Shown: positions 30,701-37,713 of the stretch, one piece after another | Layout of the letters: every line of letters starts with the position of its first letter | Position numbering within the stretch: position 1 is the first letter of the stretch | From: an uncultured virus (IMG/VR IMGVR_UViG_3300025154_000083) | Taxonomy: Duplodnaviria; Heunggongvirae; Uroviricota; Caudoviricetes | Length of the DNA: 64,000 nt | IMG/VR virus record: IMGVR_UViG_3300025154_000083 | Span: 1 to 64,000 of that record | Reading direction: 5' to 3' (one strand) | Notes under the pieces: model-generated | Databases searched by the model: none | The model's input: the letters and a program-made list of their open reading frames with translations, nothing else | What the model was told of the DNA's origin: nothing | Made by a program: the position numbers and the translations under genes

Positions 30701-32470
30701 CCCGCCATTGTTCCGGGGAATCAGATCAAGAAGATAGTCGAGGCCGAGTATGGTCCGCTCCTGGAATCCATGGGTATCGATACCAGCTTGCTCGATTTCA
30801 AGTCTCTTCAGAGCCTGTACCGAATGTTCCAGATGACCAAGCCCCAGGGTCCCGATGTGATTCACGTTTTGCGCGATGGGAAGCCAGTCTATTACCACAT
30901 TCAGGATTCGCTTGTATTGCGGTCGCTCTCGGCGGTGAACGAGCGCCCATGGGGAGGTCCAGCCATGAAGGCCATGCGGACAGCCAAGCGACTCCTTACT
31001 CGGGGCGTCACCGCTGACCCTGGCTTCATGATCGCCAACCTTACTCGAGATACCTTGAGTGCATGGGTGGTTTCCCCCGACTTCAAGGCCGGGGTGGATT
31101 CCGTGAAGGGGGCGATAAAGACTTTTCGTGAAGATGAGGATTATGTGGCGATGCAGGCGTCTGGAGCTGCCTTCTCCGGAGGGTATGCTTTTGGGCATGA
31201 TTTGGAGGCAGCCAAGCGAGAAGTTGAGAAGCTCAACAAGAAATACAAGGTTGACGGGTCAACGGTGCTTAACAGCGTAAAGAAAATGTGGGCGTTCTGG
31301 GAGAAGTTTGGAAGCCGATTCGAGAATGCGACCAGAACACAGATTTATGCCAATATCCGAGCCCGTGGCGGTGCTCACGTCGAAGCGGCCTATGAAGCCA
31401 AGCGCATCATGGATTACTCGAAGCGCGGTGACTGGATGACCATCAAATTCCTCTGCGAGACGGTTCCCTTCTTCGGGGCCAGGCTCCAGGGAGCGCAGCG
31501 CCTTTACCATGGATACCGCGAGAACCCCAGGGGGTTTGCCACGAAGGGGATGATCCTCATGGGGGCTACCCTTGCCTTGTATGCCATGAATGCGGATGAT
31601 GACAGGTATAAGGAGCTTGAGGAATGGGATCGGGACAACTACTATCACTTCTTTGTCCTTGATGAGCATTTCCGTCTCCCCAAACCCTTCGAGGTGGGCG
31701 CCATCTTCTCCACCATCCCGGAGAGGCTGGCCGAGTGGTGGCTTGGGGAAGGGACTTCGAAAGAGTTTGCCAGGCGCATGCTGTTCACGCTGAATCAAAC
31801 TTTCTCGTGGCAGCCTCCGCAGCTCATTGGGCCAATGATTGAGCAGTATGCCAACAAGAGCTTTTTCACTGGACGTCCAATTGAGGGACAGTCCCTGCAA
31901 GCCTTGCAACCAGGAGCGCGCCGCGACCCATGGACCGGGGAAACCGTGTCCGTGATCGGGGAAGCCACCAACGTTTCCCCTAAGAGGATGGAGGCCTTCA
32001 TGCGCGGCTACTTCGGGACGCTCGGGACATATGCACTTATGGCGTCCGATGTCGCCGTGCGATGGATGTATGATTATCCGGACCCTCCAGCTAGCCGCCT
32101 GGATGACCTTCCTGTCATTCGCCGGTTCGTTCAGGAAGACCCGGCCCGCCACACCAAGTATGTCACTTCCATGTACGAGATGATCCGCGAGGTTGACCAG
32201 CTTTATGCCACGGTCAGACGCTATGAGAAAACCATGGAGCCAGGAAAAGCTGGAGAGCTTATCGAGCGGGAACGACGTAAATTGACATACAAAGACACTT
32301 TTAATAAGGTGCAAAGACAATTCAGTATGATTGATCAGGAGATCAGAAACATTCATCTTCGTAGGGATCTCACGCCAGAAATGAAACGGAAAAGTATTGA
32401 TGAGCTTACAAGAAGCAAAAATGAATTAGCCAGAGATGTTTATGATAGCACCAAGGCTGCGTTCAAATGA
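18740..32470 (+). CDS. Giant polyvalent (DarB-like) virion protein, 4576 aa
   Basis: Approximate domains: lysozyme-like 19150-19520; inorganic-PPase-like 21400-21900; ParB/Srx (EGNHR) 22180-22450; N6-adenine MTase (IEPSAGIG, NPPF) 23500-24180; Strawberry-notch helicase (GDGTGVGKGR, DESH, GRTHR) 24580-27700; LPD23 plus zincin HEIQH 28440-29260; ART-like 29300-29670; LPD38-like 31400-32250. Confidence 0.9.
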   Translation: MAYDGRLIDEMAAELLGPPATAATQPATATTPIDTALPEAPAAPASPLPTAAAPTIQSDPMGTTEQPFIPSQASPVFQAPQASPTSPIPTTFKASQIDALAEQLFGPAPEPRTTRRTTSRGLAGGLSDGSIDVGPQGGVVRGYDISRYATDPRHEQSVARYANELSSLSSIEAIDTHIQSVAPGSPVTGSMVASSASRYNVDPFVVLALMRQDSSYGTRGKGARTFNPGNVGNDDAGNMKNFGDWQQGVDAVAGWLSRHKAGAGSEGQGSRGIEGQGLLGLQPFTANAPPASLETRRRALGLIGMQTPEDIAAQKRREAWESAVDDMATELLGPPGVGMADAGKGGSLFGDIESGHTAGGPDAAETYLRAGRVMGVDTSSMLSDLEAKRKRWTLEKPSKAAQEEGMGGYRKWAYEGARSFSHSVSTRLPATVTGALFGGAAGALAGYVTSGAALFGLAEYDRFMEDAEKLGIPREEAYDEAVVAAIAETAFEASSDLLEMKMLKLFGGNLTEPVKGLIRRYVGNVLKIAPVEIATEAPTAAVQAAARESAGMPTPTPGQAALESIPSTAATSLFFAGLGTAAQGRRGQGGTGGEGGAGSEDTGDTGQPATPPSGPKGFPELQRVERIGIEAPQERFGLPAPPEGYPGEPAPEGVPRLPSPTQNWRMMVPDLRGMNRDQMLEYADSRKISLKDRSNKLKIFNSIKAYYDQINPSQLVTGEAATRTPVRQGVQEERYSPEAILARPEVPTPGGPAQRTTPTPQTAARQPLAMPQQEPQQEPQEAMKGEAPDAQGIRSDEGQVYPGGNVQGQGAGEGGQDLEFPKSEEPGGEAARQGTAEEVGQGEPAGLEGQTTREGLEGEAPPLQGQQSEQENPVSIAQQSLKTPLDIAAHEAASSPLNDKPQPTTPQIKADNAELGHFSFQGIPISIESPIGSVRKDVNHDPPKWQRVIKEAHYGRIKGVRGRDKDLLDVFVRTDNLTGDKTLDAKLPVFIIDQINPETGKFDELKAVAGGKDEQQALGTYLANYPEGWQGLGAITEFTMPEFKAWLKGGDATKPVGKKVPKVIETEQGVVKQKEDVDLPFAAGLAEQLAERKRLDQERKDREQAGKEKAEKGSAESEKPKWKTRIDEGPPDWNAGRTDTTRSDRGMIDPREIVGLPGENDEHLLFKRDRTGGYGTAKWNAFVQDVKQNGVKEPIIIFKEKDGKVHISEGNHRVRAAVEAGLKDIPVEIRYFGNSQRDGLVVDTETGKLVKKPEAPAALPAAPPPVTPKQTRTGPTAETAARKPLKEKAEPVAVAEKEVEEEPAAKEEPPLSSRPTTSSPVQPASSTPPTLTVSDLDTKSIIVKGDYTANKDRIAPVLKQHSGLYNGKHKGWVFPKKNEAAVRAALGIGGEKAGKDENVAEKSEQTAQPGPQRIIVGKNRDGDTIYSDDKGARYILEGGMRVQSFVLRPGYIDEQFMTVEEVEAEKPKSEDALEPEPSAPAPVTPAKSMADASREEEQAPAASSSQRLATWVKGKVARKESFTWQDLFSEADKAFSGTQAQGKYTPKDAYDAMEMGVNQAILASDLTMNPSNHTLQEAEQKVKELQNLIAKLPTQSKRTEEMDEFQQFSTPPPLAYLASWVANVNEQDTAIEPSAGIGGLAVFAKNAGAKVFVNELSPRRAAILEEMGFDRVFTENAEQLDNVLLDDVKPTVVVMNPPFSSTAGRIKGQRNTMNAARHIEQALNRLEDRGRLVAIVGRGMSVDAPSFRDWFAKIGKKYTVLADIGLSGKGYQKYGTTFDNRVIVIDKTGPGFDNIIKGSVEDVTEALPLLLGVRNARQRSKTSQGAESSQAQPGRAQGAQEGQTEPRPIVTPQSSVDVVGSGQQEPRPRQPGKRDGEVNEPVEPGRSDEGADGGKRGGRPGGASPQSEQVSGEPGTRVDRPGRGKDDSDREAGLRQQQRLEVSMAKAETQAEALSDSVYDAYKPSVKVAGTKAHPGNLVESAAMASVEAPPADYVPSIPKEVLAAGNLSDAQMETIVRAGQAHDTILEGGERQGFFIGDGTGVGKGREIAGVFLDNWNKGRKKGVWLSANSSLFKDARRDTEGIGDDAEKIFELGKVKATSSINASEGILFGTYDTLKMAAKGEQGKSGKRRIDQVVAWLGADFDGVIALDESHRAGNALQVQGQRGRKDPSKTALAVIELQDKLPNARVVYVSATGATEVMNLAYAKRLGLWGTGTPFPSVQAFVGQIQSGGIAAMELVSRDMKSMGKYLARSLSFHDVTYDKLEHVLTADQRDIYDKLAEGWQTVLNNLNEALQETGVVDEDGKTMDGRAKSAAMSAFWGSHQRFFNQIITSIQMPSVISRMNKELESGNACVIQLVNTNEASLGRAMANLEEDESLEDLDLTPRDQLMQYIERSFPIFQYEQYADEDGNVKSRPVLDANGNPVVNRTAEAMKERLLDQLGSIRVPDGPLEMILNEFGVKDVAEVTGRTQRVVTDESGKRVREKRSKAKTETDAQAFQEGEKNILVFSTAGGTGLSYHADLKAKNQKKRIHFLVQAGWRADVAVQGFGRTHRTNQKQAPHYLLVTTDLKGQKRFLSSIARRLDQLGALTKGQRQTGSQGFFSARDNLESEYATEALQKFLKNLLHDGEISGVSVDDFELQTGMKLRNDNGMQAAASPPMTQFLNRLLSLKYDTQNAVFDAFSKEMDAIVRREIENGTLDQGLENLKAAKIELVSEQTVHTDEKSGAETKYVELDVSNPTPVVSWEESGKVARKGYYQNLRSKNVWGRGSEKLRTKSSGDVVNEALLTAPSSRHQNVETIDLDDEKKWRRVEKEEAEKLWNDEYDKVPKMVTQRTHLISGAILPIWDRLTGKARIVRIQTDKGQRFLGRLINREDLSNTLRNLGASRTTAEYPTDRAIQLLGQGHRLELSNGWTVKESRVSGEMRIEIVGPNFNFDAELARAGVFTERVNWKTRYFIPTGTDAGQVLDKVTKSRPIVDDVAPFQGSGRVGAEEMEGGNAKEEREQEDRQAPTLQGVPKIKITNPEEKITHKAGYSEFFTTVVDADGGQAAKRVSGKAVKVKGLPDGREAFAYKIDGAYPWVVVDKQSGLALASGERTMENAVFTAELSIENVDKEEMDKVFAESELDLLPLYSWQAPGGQGTTNLYSGFPVDELIREIRAAKASIEELMPRIMPRLTDLGARIIARGHNTARTFKEELSRVLGDAFDAVRRYVLKIFAAAQRAYAKLPDAVKNEWGTFAGPKAQWWDKAEGKFSSLYDKREKFEIDDSGARIKKADEILPKEFKFKESDDGFHVYRKGKFEGLGVDKWRAAVDVSQRYGMTLDDILDHPELFKQYPELRKLGLTFLENPDGSKISGSYSPRSNKIEIRYPSKEVFAELGKDLNTNLKKDLLHEIQHAIQKLEDFARGGAPLIEKIKQQHPKEFETAIDRIKSEKPTWTSVRSVFGGDVGQTAAFSIYNRLAGEIEARDVASRSNLTPEQRRATPPYSSENIAPEDAIVRFGDGETQMAVAPKDLPESAKAKLAGTRVVGEDGEPLAVFHGGEAAIGEFKNKPDRRGGNGGFYFTPNARLASVFADQADVPGVHQVYLAIKNPKIVDFDTGASANLSPKDIASLKSQGFDGVIGKRDKTVVEYVVFNSDQIVSALSPEGEAAGKQPEQQGQQKQPEQLRSALTPPLQSEQGAIRLPQLPKFPNWSRAKAQRASTGDAEIDAALNKIGPAQKTTKEKLDAALDNWKLKAEQGIFDRFASLKALAKSAGIDTASNASRIQEDPYVAATMTTSLGDMLATMMNHGVPQWKEGAVWTPTRNKGLAQVFEPVADQLDMFLGWMVGKRAEKLMAEGRENYFTDAEIKALKRIITLPENKAKFLKVEADYIAFKKGVLDFAEASGVINAEERLLWDHDEYVPFYRIMEETQGLKGPRNKNSVASQYSGIKKLKGGESRLGDIFVNIMMNFSHLVDASVKNHATELSIQAAEKMGVAVKAKNQFKPAIVPGNQIKKIVEAEYGPLLESMGIDTSLLDFKSLQSLYRMFQMTKPQGPDVIHVLRDGKPVYYHIQDSLVLRSLSAVNERPWGGPAMKAMRTAKRLLTRGVTADPGFMIANLTRDTLSAWVVSPDFKAGVDSVKGAIKTFREDEDYVAMQASGAAFSGGYAFGHDLEAAKREVEKLNKKYKVDGSTVLNSVKKMWAFWEKFGSRFENATRTQIYANIRARGGAHVEAAYEAKRIMDYSKRGDWMTIKFLCETVPFFGARLQGAQRLYHGYRENPRGFATKGMILMGATLALYAMNADDDRYKELEEWDRDNYYHFFVLDEHFRLPKPFEVGAIFSTIPERLAEWWLGEGTSKEFARRMLFTLNQTFSWQPPQLIGPMIEQYANKSFFTGRPIEGQSLQALQPGARRDPWTGETVSVIGEATNVSPKRMEAFMRGYFGTLGTYALMASDVAVRWMYDYPDPPASRLDDLPVIRRFVQEDPARHTKYVTSMYEMIREVDQLYATVRRYEKTMEPGKAGELIERERRKLTYKDTFNKVQRQFSMIDQEIRNIHLRRDLTPEMKRKSIDELTRSKNELARDVYDSTKAAFK
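21105..21257 (+). CDS. Candidate nested +1-frame gene, 50 aa
   Basis: AAAGGAG RBS then MPKGYEAMRDRFIREGMSRDKAQEKAAKIWNSQNPRNPVGKRHVKEPPKK. Overlaps a low-complexity linker of the giant ORF. Confidence 0.5.
   Translation: MPKGYEAMRDRFIREGMSRDKAQEKAAKIWNSQNPRNPVGKRHVKEPPKK
24183..24560 (+). CDS. Candidate nested +1-frame gene, 125 aa
   Basis: GGAG RBS and a globular helical-looking sequence spanning the linker between MTase and helicase domains. Confidence 0.5.
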   Translation: MHANDPRQVKALNLHKLNRAALKALKKAKQSQDPSLLHSLQLMLWALDNKSLDLDSRVSETVRSMSRWSPEEVMKVLTGESEAGDRVELLRNPSKSPVSQALELIGQVEERMIATARPDYASNSD

Positions 32471-32492
32471 CGATAAAAAGAGGAGAGGAATA

Positions 32493-32663
32493 GTGAGTTT
32501 GAGGCTCTGGATTATGTTGTTGTTATCCATGGGGTGCATCGGGGGACTGTGCCGCAAATATGGGGAAGAGGCAATTATGGCATGGCTCTTTATTTTTGCT
32601 GTTGTCGGCATGTTTCTTTCCTTCTTGGGATTTGTCGGCGTTTCTCCAACCTGTCAACTTTGA
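32493..32663 (+). CDS. Small membrane protein with two hydrophobic segments
   Basis: GTG start after GAGGAGAGG. MSLRLWIMLLLSMGCIGG...AIMAWLFIFAVVGMFLSFLGFVGV. Confidence 0.45.
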   Translation: MSLRLWIMLLLSMGCIGGLCRKYGEEAIMAWLFIFAVVGMFLSFLGFVGVSPTCQL

Positions 32664-32676
32664 AAGGGGAAGATCA

Positions 32677-35343
32677 ATGTCATTTCAGTCGCTACATAAT
32701 ATGAGAAACATGATTCAAATTCTTATTTTTGTTTCTGCCCTTCTCTTTCAAGGCCTTATCTCTCTGCCCTTCCTCTCTCACGCTCAAGCCTACGAAAAGG
32801 TGATCACCACCAACAACGCGACCTCGCGCATAGCCACCACCATAACGGCGGCCGCAACCTCCATAACCGTCAACCCCGGAACGGGCGCGCTCTTCCCCGA
32901 CCCGACCGCCACCGCGGGGACCTATGCGCCGGCAACGCTATATGACGCCTCGGACAACAAAGAGATCGTCTATATCACCGAGCGGGTAGGGGACATCCTG
33001 ACCGTCGAGCGCGGGAAGGAAGGGACCGTTGCGAGAGAATGGGCCGTCGGGACCGGGATAGGATGCAGGCTCACGTCGAGCATCATTGAGGACAAGCTCA
33101 GAAACCCCATCGACCATGTGTACTACGTGAACGTCTTTGCAGTCGATCAATCAGCGGTCGGGGTTGCCGGGGCATTAGACGATTACAGCCTTGCCGACAT
33201 AAACGAGTACCTTGATTCGGCGGGAATTCAGGCCAGGGTCGTCCTCCCGGCGAAGACGACAAACTATGTCCTTACCGGGAACCTGACCATTTCCGAGGAA
33301 GTGGAGCTCGAAATCCATAAGGGAGCGATGATAGAGCCCGACGGGAATACGCTCACCTTCCCGGGAACCTTGTCCTCTCTTTCCGGGATCGTTGATTGTG
33401 GATGGCAGATATTCGACGCATTATCCGGAGAGGTTGTCGGCCTCAATCGGGTGCGCCCGGAATGGTGGGGGGCGACGGCTGGAGACAACACCGTTGATTC
33501 TGGGATTGCGTGGAACAGCGCAATAGAAGCCCTTGTGCAGCATGGCCGGCTGGATGCCGAGAATGGGGCATATTATCTTGCAACCGGCATATTGGTTGAT
33601 GCAAAGCCGATTTCCATAATCGGGGACATGACCTATGGGACGGTGTTTTCTCCAAAGGCCGGGCTTGCGGCCTGGACGGCCATGATGACCGTGAATAGTA
33701 CGGACAGGGGCACGCCGTCCAATTGGTGGACCACGGCCCATGACAATGGGTTCGTGATGAAGAATGTTACCTTTGAAGGAGGGGGTCGGGACTATCAGTG
33801 TCATGGCTTGGTCTTTACCGGGCAGAATTCGGATGTTCAGCTCGACAATATATTTTACGCGAACATCAAGGGCTCCGGCATGAAGGCCTGTGACCCGTTC
33901 GGCGTCACATATGATGACGTGGTTACGGGCAATGTGATGCAGCAATGCCAGTTCCACAATATCAGGATGCAAAACTGTGGCTACGAGGCCACGGGGGGCA
34001 CGGCAAGCGAAAACTTTGCGGCCAGCCACGCCGCATACGAGATTGGGAGGAATGCGGTTGGAACGGGCTCGCATAACCACCTGAAGCATACCGGGGTTTT
34101 CCAATTGGGCTACTCGAGGTGGAGAGGAATCCGTGTGCTGAACCGGGGCGGAGCGGGGGAAACCGGACCCAACATGCACGAACTGGCTTTCCAGGATTTC
34201 TTCCTTCACGGCACTGTGAGCTTGGCTGGTAATGATGAAAACGGAGACGCCTGGAACACCGATCAGCATTTGATGACCGTTGGGAATATCGTTGCCGACG
34301 GCGAGAGCTCGGCTGACGCCAATTACAATCAGGGCGAGATCAAAACCATTTTCATCGACAGGTTTCATGTGGTGGAAATGGAAGAGAATTATGCCGGGAT
34401 TGTGGTTGGTGAATGCTGGAACGGGGCCGGGAATGACGTTGGTGCTTCCGTGCATCTTGCTTCGGGGCAATTCGGAGCGAGCAGCTACCTTGTCCCATCC
34501 TATGGAATTCTGTTCGATGGAGCGGAAAGTAGCTATGTCGGCGGTATCACATACCAGTCTCCGGGAGGTCCTGCGAATTCGGTTTATGTGAAAAGCTTGC
34601 TGGATGAATTCCAGGAAATAACTCTTGGCCCTGTGTCGGCCGAGGTTCCAACGGGGACTCCCGCAGCTTCGGCCACGGTCTACGTCAAGACCGATATTGG
34701 CCAGGGACAAATCCATGATTTAACGGCTCAGACTTATACGGCGCGCGTCCCGGCCTGCGGGAAAGATGTGACCGGGGATACCGACGGGGCAACCGAGGTC
34801 GTTACCGGACTTGCCTATACTACTAATTTTCCACCTGGATCTCTTGTGTATGTCAGTGCTGGATTTGCAACCACCGGACCCTTTACTGTTTAGGTAGAAA
34901 ACGCAACAGATTTGACGCTGAGCGCCGTGAGCAACTCCGCAGAGGTAAATGTATCCATAATCGGGACCACACGGGAATTCACTCTTGCTAGGGCAACTCC
35001 GGATTACAAATTCATCAAGCAAGCGTGGATAGTTCCGGAGTGGGGAGGACTGGTAGCAGACAACACGGATTACGCCAGCCTGAAGATTGGTTATCGAAAC
35101 AACCTGGGCGCCGACGGGACCGGAAGCCCTGTGAGCACCACGACAAAGTTGGTTGGCGGAGGCGGGACCGGGGATTGGACGGCGTTTATCCCGGTCGAGC
35201 TTGAGGTTGATCGAGGGGTTGCATATCTTCCGACGGGAGGTAGCGTTACCTTTGCAATCGATCAAGTAGGGACCGGCGTCGAGGTGCCGGCCCTGCTTGT
35301 CGGGTTTGAGATGTCGGACTGGAAGTATTTTCAAGATCCTTGA
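32677..35343 (+). CDS. Second tail spike (attachment domain plus beta-helix), interrupted by in-frame TAG at 34891-34893
   Basis: Signal-peptide-like N-terminus ending AQA, attachment domain, VRPEWWGA motif and beta-helix. The frame continues after the TAG to 35343. Confidence 0.7.
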
Positions 35344-35369
35344 GATCATTGAGATCTTTGAGATCCTTG
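35334..35369 (+). repeat. 9-bp tandem repeat AGATCnTTG x4
   Basis: AGATCCTTG AGATCATTG AGATCTTTG AGATCCTTG at the late/early convergence point. Confidence 0.9.
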
Positions 35370-35370
35370 A

Positions 35371-35730
35371 TTACAGAAGTGACCTCCCTCGAAGTTGGGG
35401 CAGTTCTTTTCGTGCTGGCACATCAAACCACTCAAGCACGGTCAGATACACGTCAACGGTGCAGGCCCCTCCATCGGCCCACCGTTGACGCAACGGAATG
35501 TCCGTAGCACACCAGGACCACGGAGCGTTGAGATGGCGAAACTCGGCCCCGTCGAAACCATGGTCCGAGATGACCATGACGTGCGTTCTCTCACGGTCGA
35601 TGCCGCTGAGCACCCGACCAAGCGTTTCGTCGCATCGCTCTATCTCGTGCTCGTATTCAGGGCTCTCTCCACCGAATGCGTGGCCGAACTTGTCCGGGTT
35701 CAAGTGGCAAAATGTCAGCGACTTTGATCG
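35371..35730 (-). pseudogene. C-terminal fragment of an alkaline-phosphatase-superfamily phosphodiesterase
   Basis: PDKFGHAFG.ESPEY...VMVISDHG metal-binding motifs. The N-terminal half is missing and is overlapped by the upstream ORF. Confidence 0.6.
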
Positions 35731-36268
35731 CATCTCCAAACGGAGAGCCAAGACTTTCGCCCAGCAGGCCAAAAGGATATCCGAATTGAAGATGCTGCTG
35801 TTGCTGCGTGGCCAAGCCTCCAAGGCCCGACCGTATCGCCTCCGCCTGAATTCTCCAGTTCTTCGCATTCTCTTCCAGTTTCTTCTCGAGGTCGGCAATT
35901 TTCTCCTTGTCCGTCCTCGACTCCATACCTCTACTTCTCGCGACCTCGGCAACCAAGTGAACCGCGGAGAGAAGCGCATCGGCCTCGGACTGATCGCGGA
36001 GTTTGCCTTGAAGTGAGGATATTGCGGCGGAGTGTTTTTCCTTCAAGGCCGAGATTTTAGTGTCGTGCTCTTCCTTTAGCGCGGCCTTGACCTTCTCGAT
36101 CTTCCCCATGAGGTCTTCCGCATACCTTTCCTTCAAGGCGTTGATGGCCTTGTTCTGGCGGACTTGCATGTCTGTTTCGGCTTCCTCGATGATCTTGTTC
36201 GTGGTTTCATCCGACCTTGCAAGTGCTTTTTCCAGTTCCTTGATTCTTCTGGCCTTTTGAAAAAACAT
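35657..36268 (-). CDS. Coiled-coil hypothetical protein
   Basis: 203 aa, RBS GAGGAG, E/K-rich heptads. Confidence 0.7.
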   Translation of the reverse strand: MFFQKARRIKELEKALARSDETTNKIIEEAETDMQVRQNKAINALKERYAEDLMGKIEKVKAALKEEHDTKISALKEKHSAAISSLQGKLRDQSEADALLSAVHLVAEVARSRGMESRTDKEKIADLEKKLEENAKNWRIQAEAIRSGLGGLATQQQQHLQFGYPFGLLGESLGSPFGDAIKVADILPLEPGQVRPRIRWREP

Positions 36269-36349
36269 GGCGATGATTCTCCTCTTTATATCCTTGAAGG
36301 GGGGAAGGGCTTCCTTGTTTTGCCCTTCCCCCCTTTACCTGCCGTGCCC

Positions 36350-36442
36350 GTCTAACGTGGCGATAACCAGCGGGCGCCTTTACAGACTCACGCCTTACGA
36401 CTGCCAGGCGTGGCGCCCGTCTGGTTCATTGCCGGGTTAGAC
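36350..36442 (-). mobile_element. attC: Integron attC site (93 bp)
   Basis: Minus strand: GTCTAAC-5nt-AATGAACC...GGTTATC-6nt-GTTAGAC. The stop codon of the upstream ORF lies in R''. Confidence 0.9.
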
Positions 36443-36793
36443 GGGCTCAAATTCCACCTTTACGATTGGCCCGCATCTCAGATTTTTGAATGGAAGCCCG
36501 ACATCGGTCACTCGAACATCCACATGCTTCTTCGCTTCCGGGTCGAAAAACCTGACCATGCTTCCCAATTTGAGATGACCATCCCGAGCACAATGTGATC
36601 TCTTGCGGCCCGACAGAATGCTGTCGATAGCATCCGCGTCGAGAGGGCACCACACGTCCACGCCTCCGTTGGCTGCCCTTAGGAAACATCGGTCGGTTTC
36701 ATCCAACTCGGACAGCGGCTTTGCTTCTGGCCAAAATGGCCCTGGGTCATACCCCTTAACATTGGCATATTTCCCAGGCTTTTTACTGGCCAC
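36437..36793 (-). CDS. Cassette-borne hypothetical protein
   Basis: 118 aa, RBS GGAGG, TAA stop inside the attC R'' box. Confidence 0.75.
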   Translation of the reverse strand: MASKKPGKYANVKGYDPGPFWPEAKPLSELDETDRCFLRAANGGVDVWCPLDADAIDSILSGRKRSHCARDGHLKLGSMVRFFDPEAKKHVDVRVTDVGLPFKNLRCGPIVKVEFEPV

Positions 36794-36873
36794 TTCGATT
36801 ACCTCCCGGCCTCGCGGCCTAAAATCACGGCCCTACTTATCTCTACCTTATTCCTTCACTCCTCCCATCCCTC

Positions 36874-37629
36874 CTACGCCACCACAACAACCCCGTCAGG
36901 CAACGCCCCTTCCAAATACCCCTTGATCCCGGCCATGGCCTCCACCTTCCAGGCCCCGCCGTCGGCCTCGTACAAAGCACAACTCGGCATCTTGCCCTGA
37001 GCGCTTCCTTGGAGCCGCAGCACGAACAGCGACTCGGGCTGATCGATCTCGATGAAGGTCCTGAACGGCTTCAAGGCCACCGGGTTGGGAAGCCGGATTT
37101 CTTCCACGAGGGAAATGCCTTGGTTGGTCTGCACTTTCTGAGATACTCCGTCGTCCACCGTGGTCTTGACGGCCGAATCCTTGATATTGCCGAGGAGTTG
37201 CAGAAGCTGGCGCGTGGTGTCGGTCTGAATGAAGCGGGTTTGCAGGCCGATCATGAACTCTTCGTGGGACAGGAAGCGATTGAAGGTGAAGGGATCGAAG
37301 AGGTCTGCGGTGGAGGTGGCGAAGCAGGTGCGCTGCTTCCATGAGCCGTGGAGGTTGGAGAGAATGGACACCGTGTTGAAGTTTTCGACGTGGAAGAAGC
37401 CGGGTCCGATGTCCGGGATGTCAAGGATATCATCGCCTTCTCTGCCGAGAACGCTCGCCCCCTCCCCGTTGTAATAGTCCACGAGGCCGGCGAGAGAAGA
37501 GAGATGGATGGTGTCGGGCTTCGGCTCGTAAACAGGGTGGATCGGCTTTGAGCTGTAGGTCCTTCCGAGCGCCGGGATGATCTCCGGTTGTGCGATGTCG
37601 AGCAGTTTCTGAATGGCTGTTGCTATCAT
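36874..37629 (-). CDS. Conserved phage early protein
   Basis: 251 aa. Motif DDGVSQKV...LPNPVALKPFRTF.EIDQPES.F..R...ALYEADGGAWK. This family usually pairs with the 38168-type gene. Confidence 0.8.
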   Translation of the reverse strand: MIATAIQKLLDIAQPEIIPALGRTYSSKPIHPVYEPKPDTIHLSSLAGLVDYYNGEGASVLGREGDDILDIPDIGPGFFHVENFNTVSILSNLHGSWKQRTCFATSTADLFDPFTFNRFLSHEEFMIGLQTRFIQTDTTRQLLQLLGNIKDSAVKTTVDDGVSQKVQTNQGISLVEEIRLPNPVALKPFRTFIEIDQPESLFVLRLQGSAQGKMPSCALYEADGGAWKVEAMAGIKGYLEGALPDGVVVVA

Positions 37630-37713
37630 GGTGTCGTGCTCCTTTCGTTTGGTGGTGGTGGTGATGGTGAATGCATTTATTCCTTTGTGGTTTATTTTGG
37701 GTTCATGCGCTGG

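Noticed and set aside
32493..32663. Holin assignment
   Set aside because: Hydrophobicity is the only evidence and no adjacent endolysin was recognised.
19165..34716. Long antisense ORFs (19165-20568, 30002-31198, 31259-32356, 33421-34716)
   Set aside because: Shadow frames of GC-rich sense genes with no recognisable motifs.
1..35343. Diversity-generating retroelement targeting tail fibers
   Set aside because: No reverse transcriptase or TR/VR repeat pair was seen in this window.
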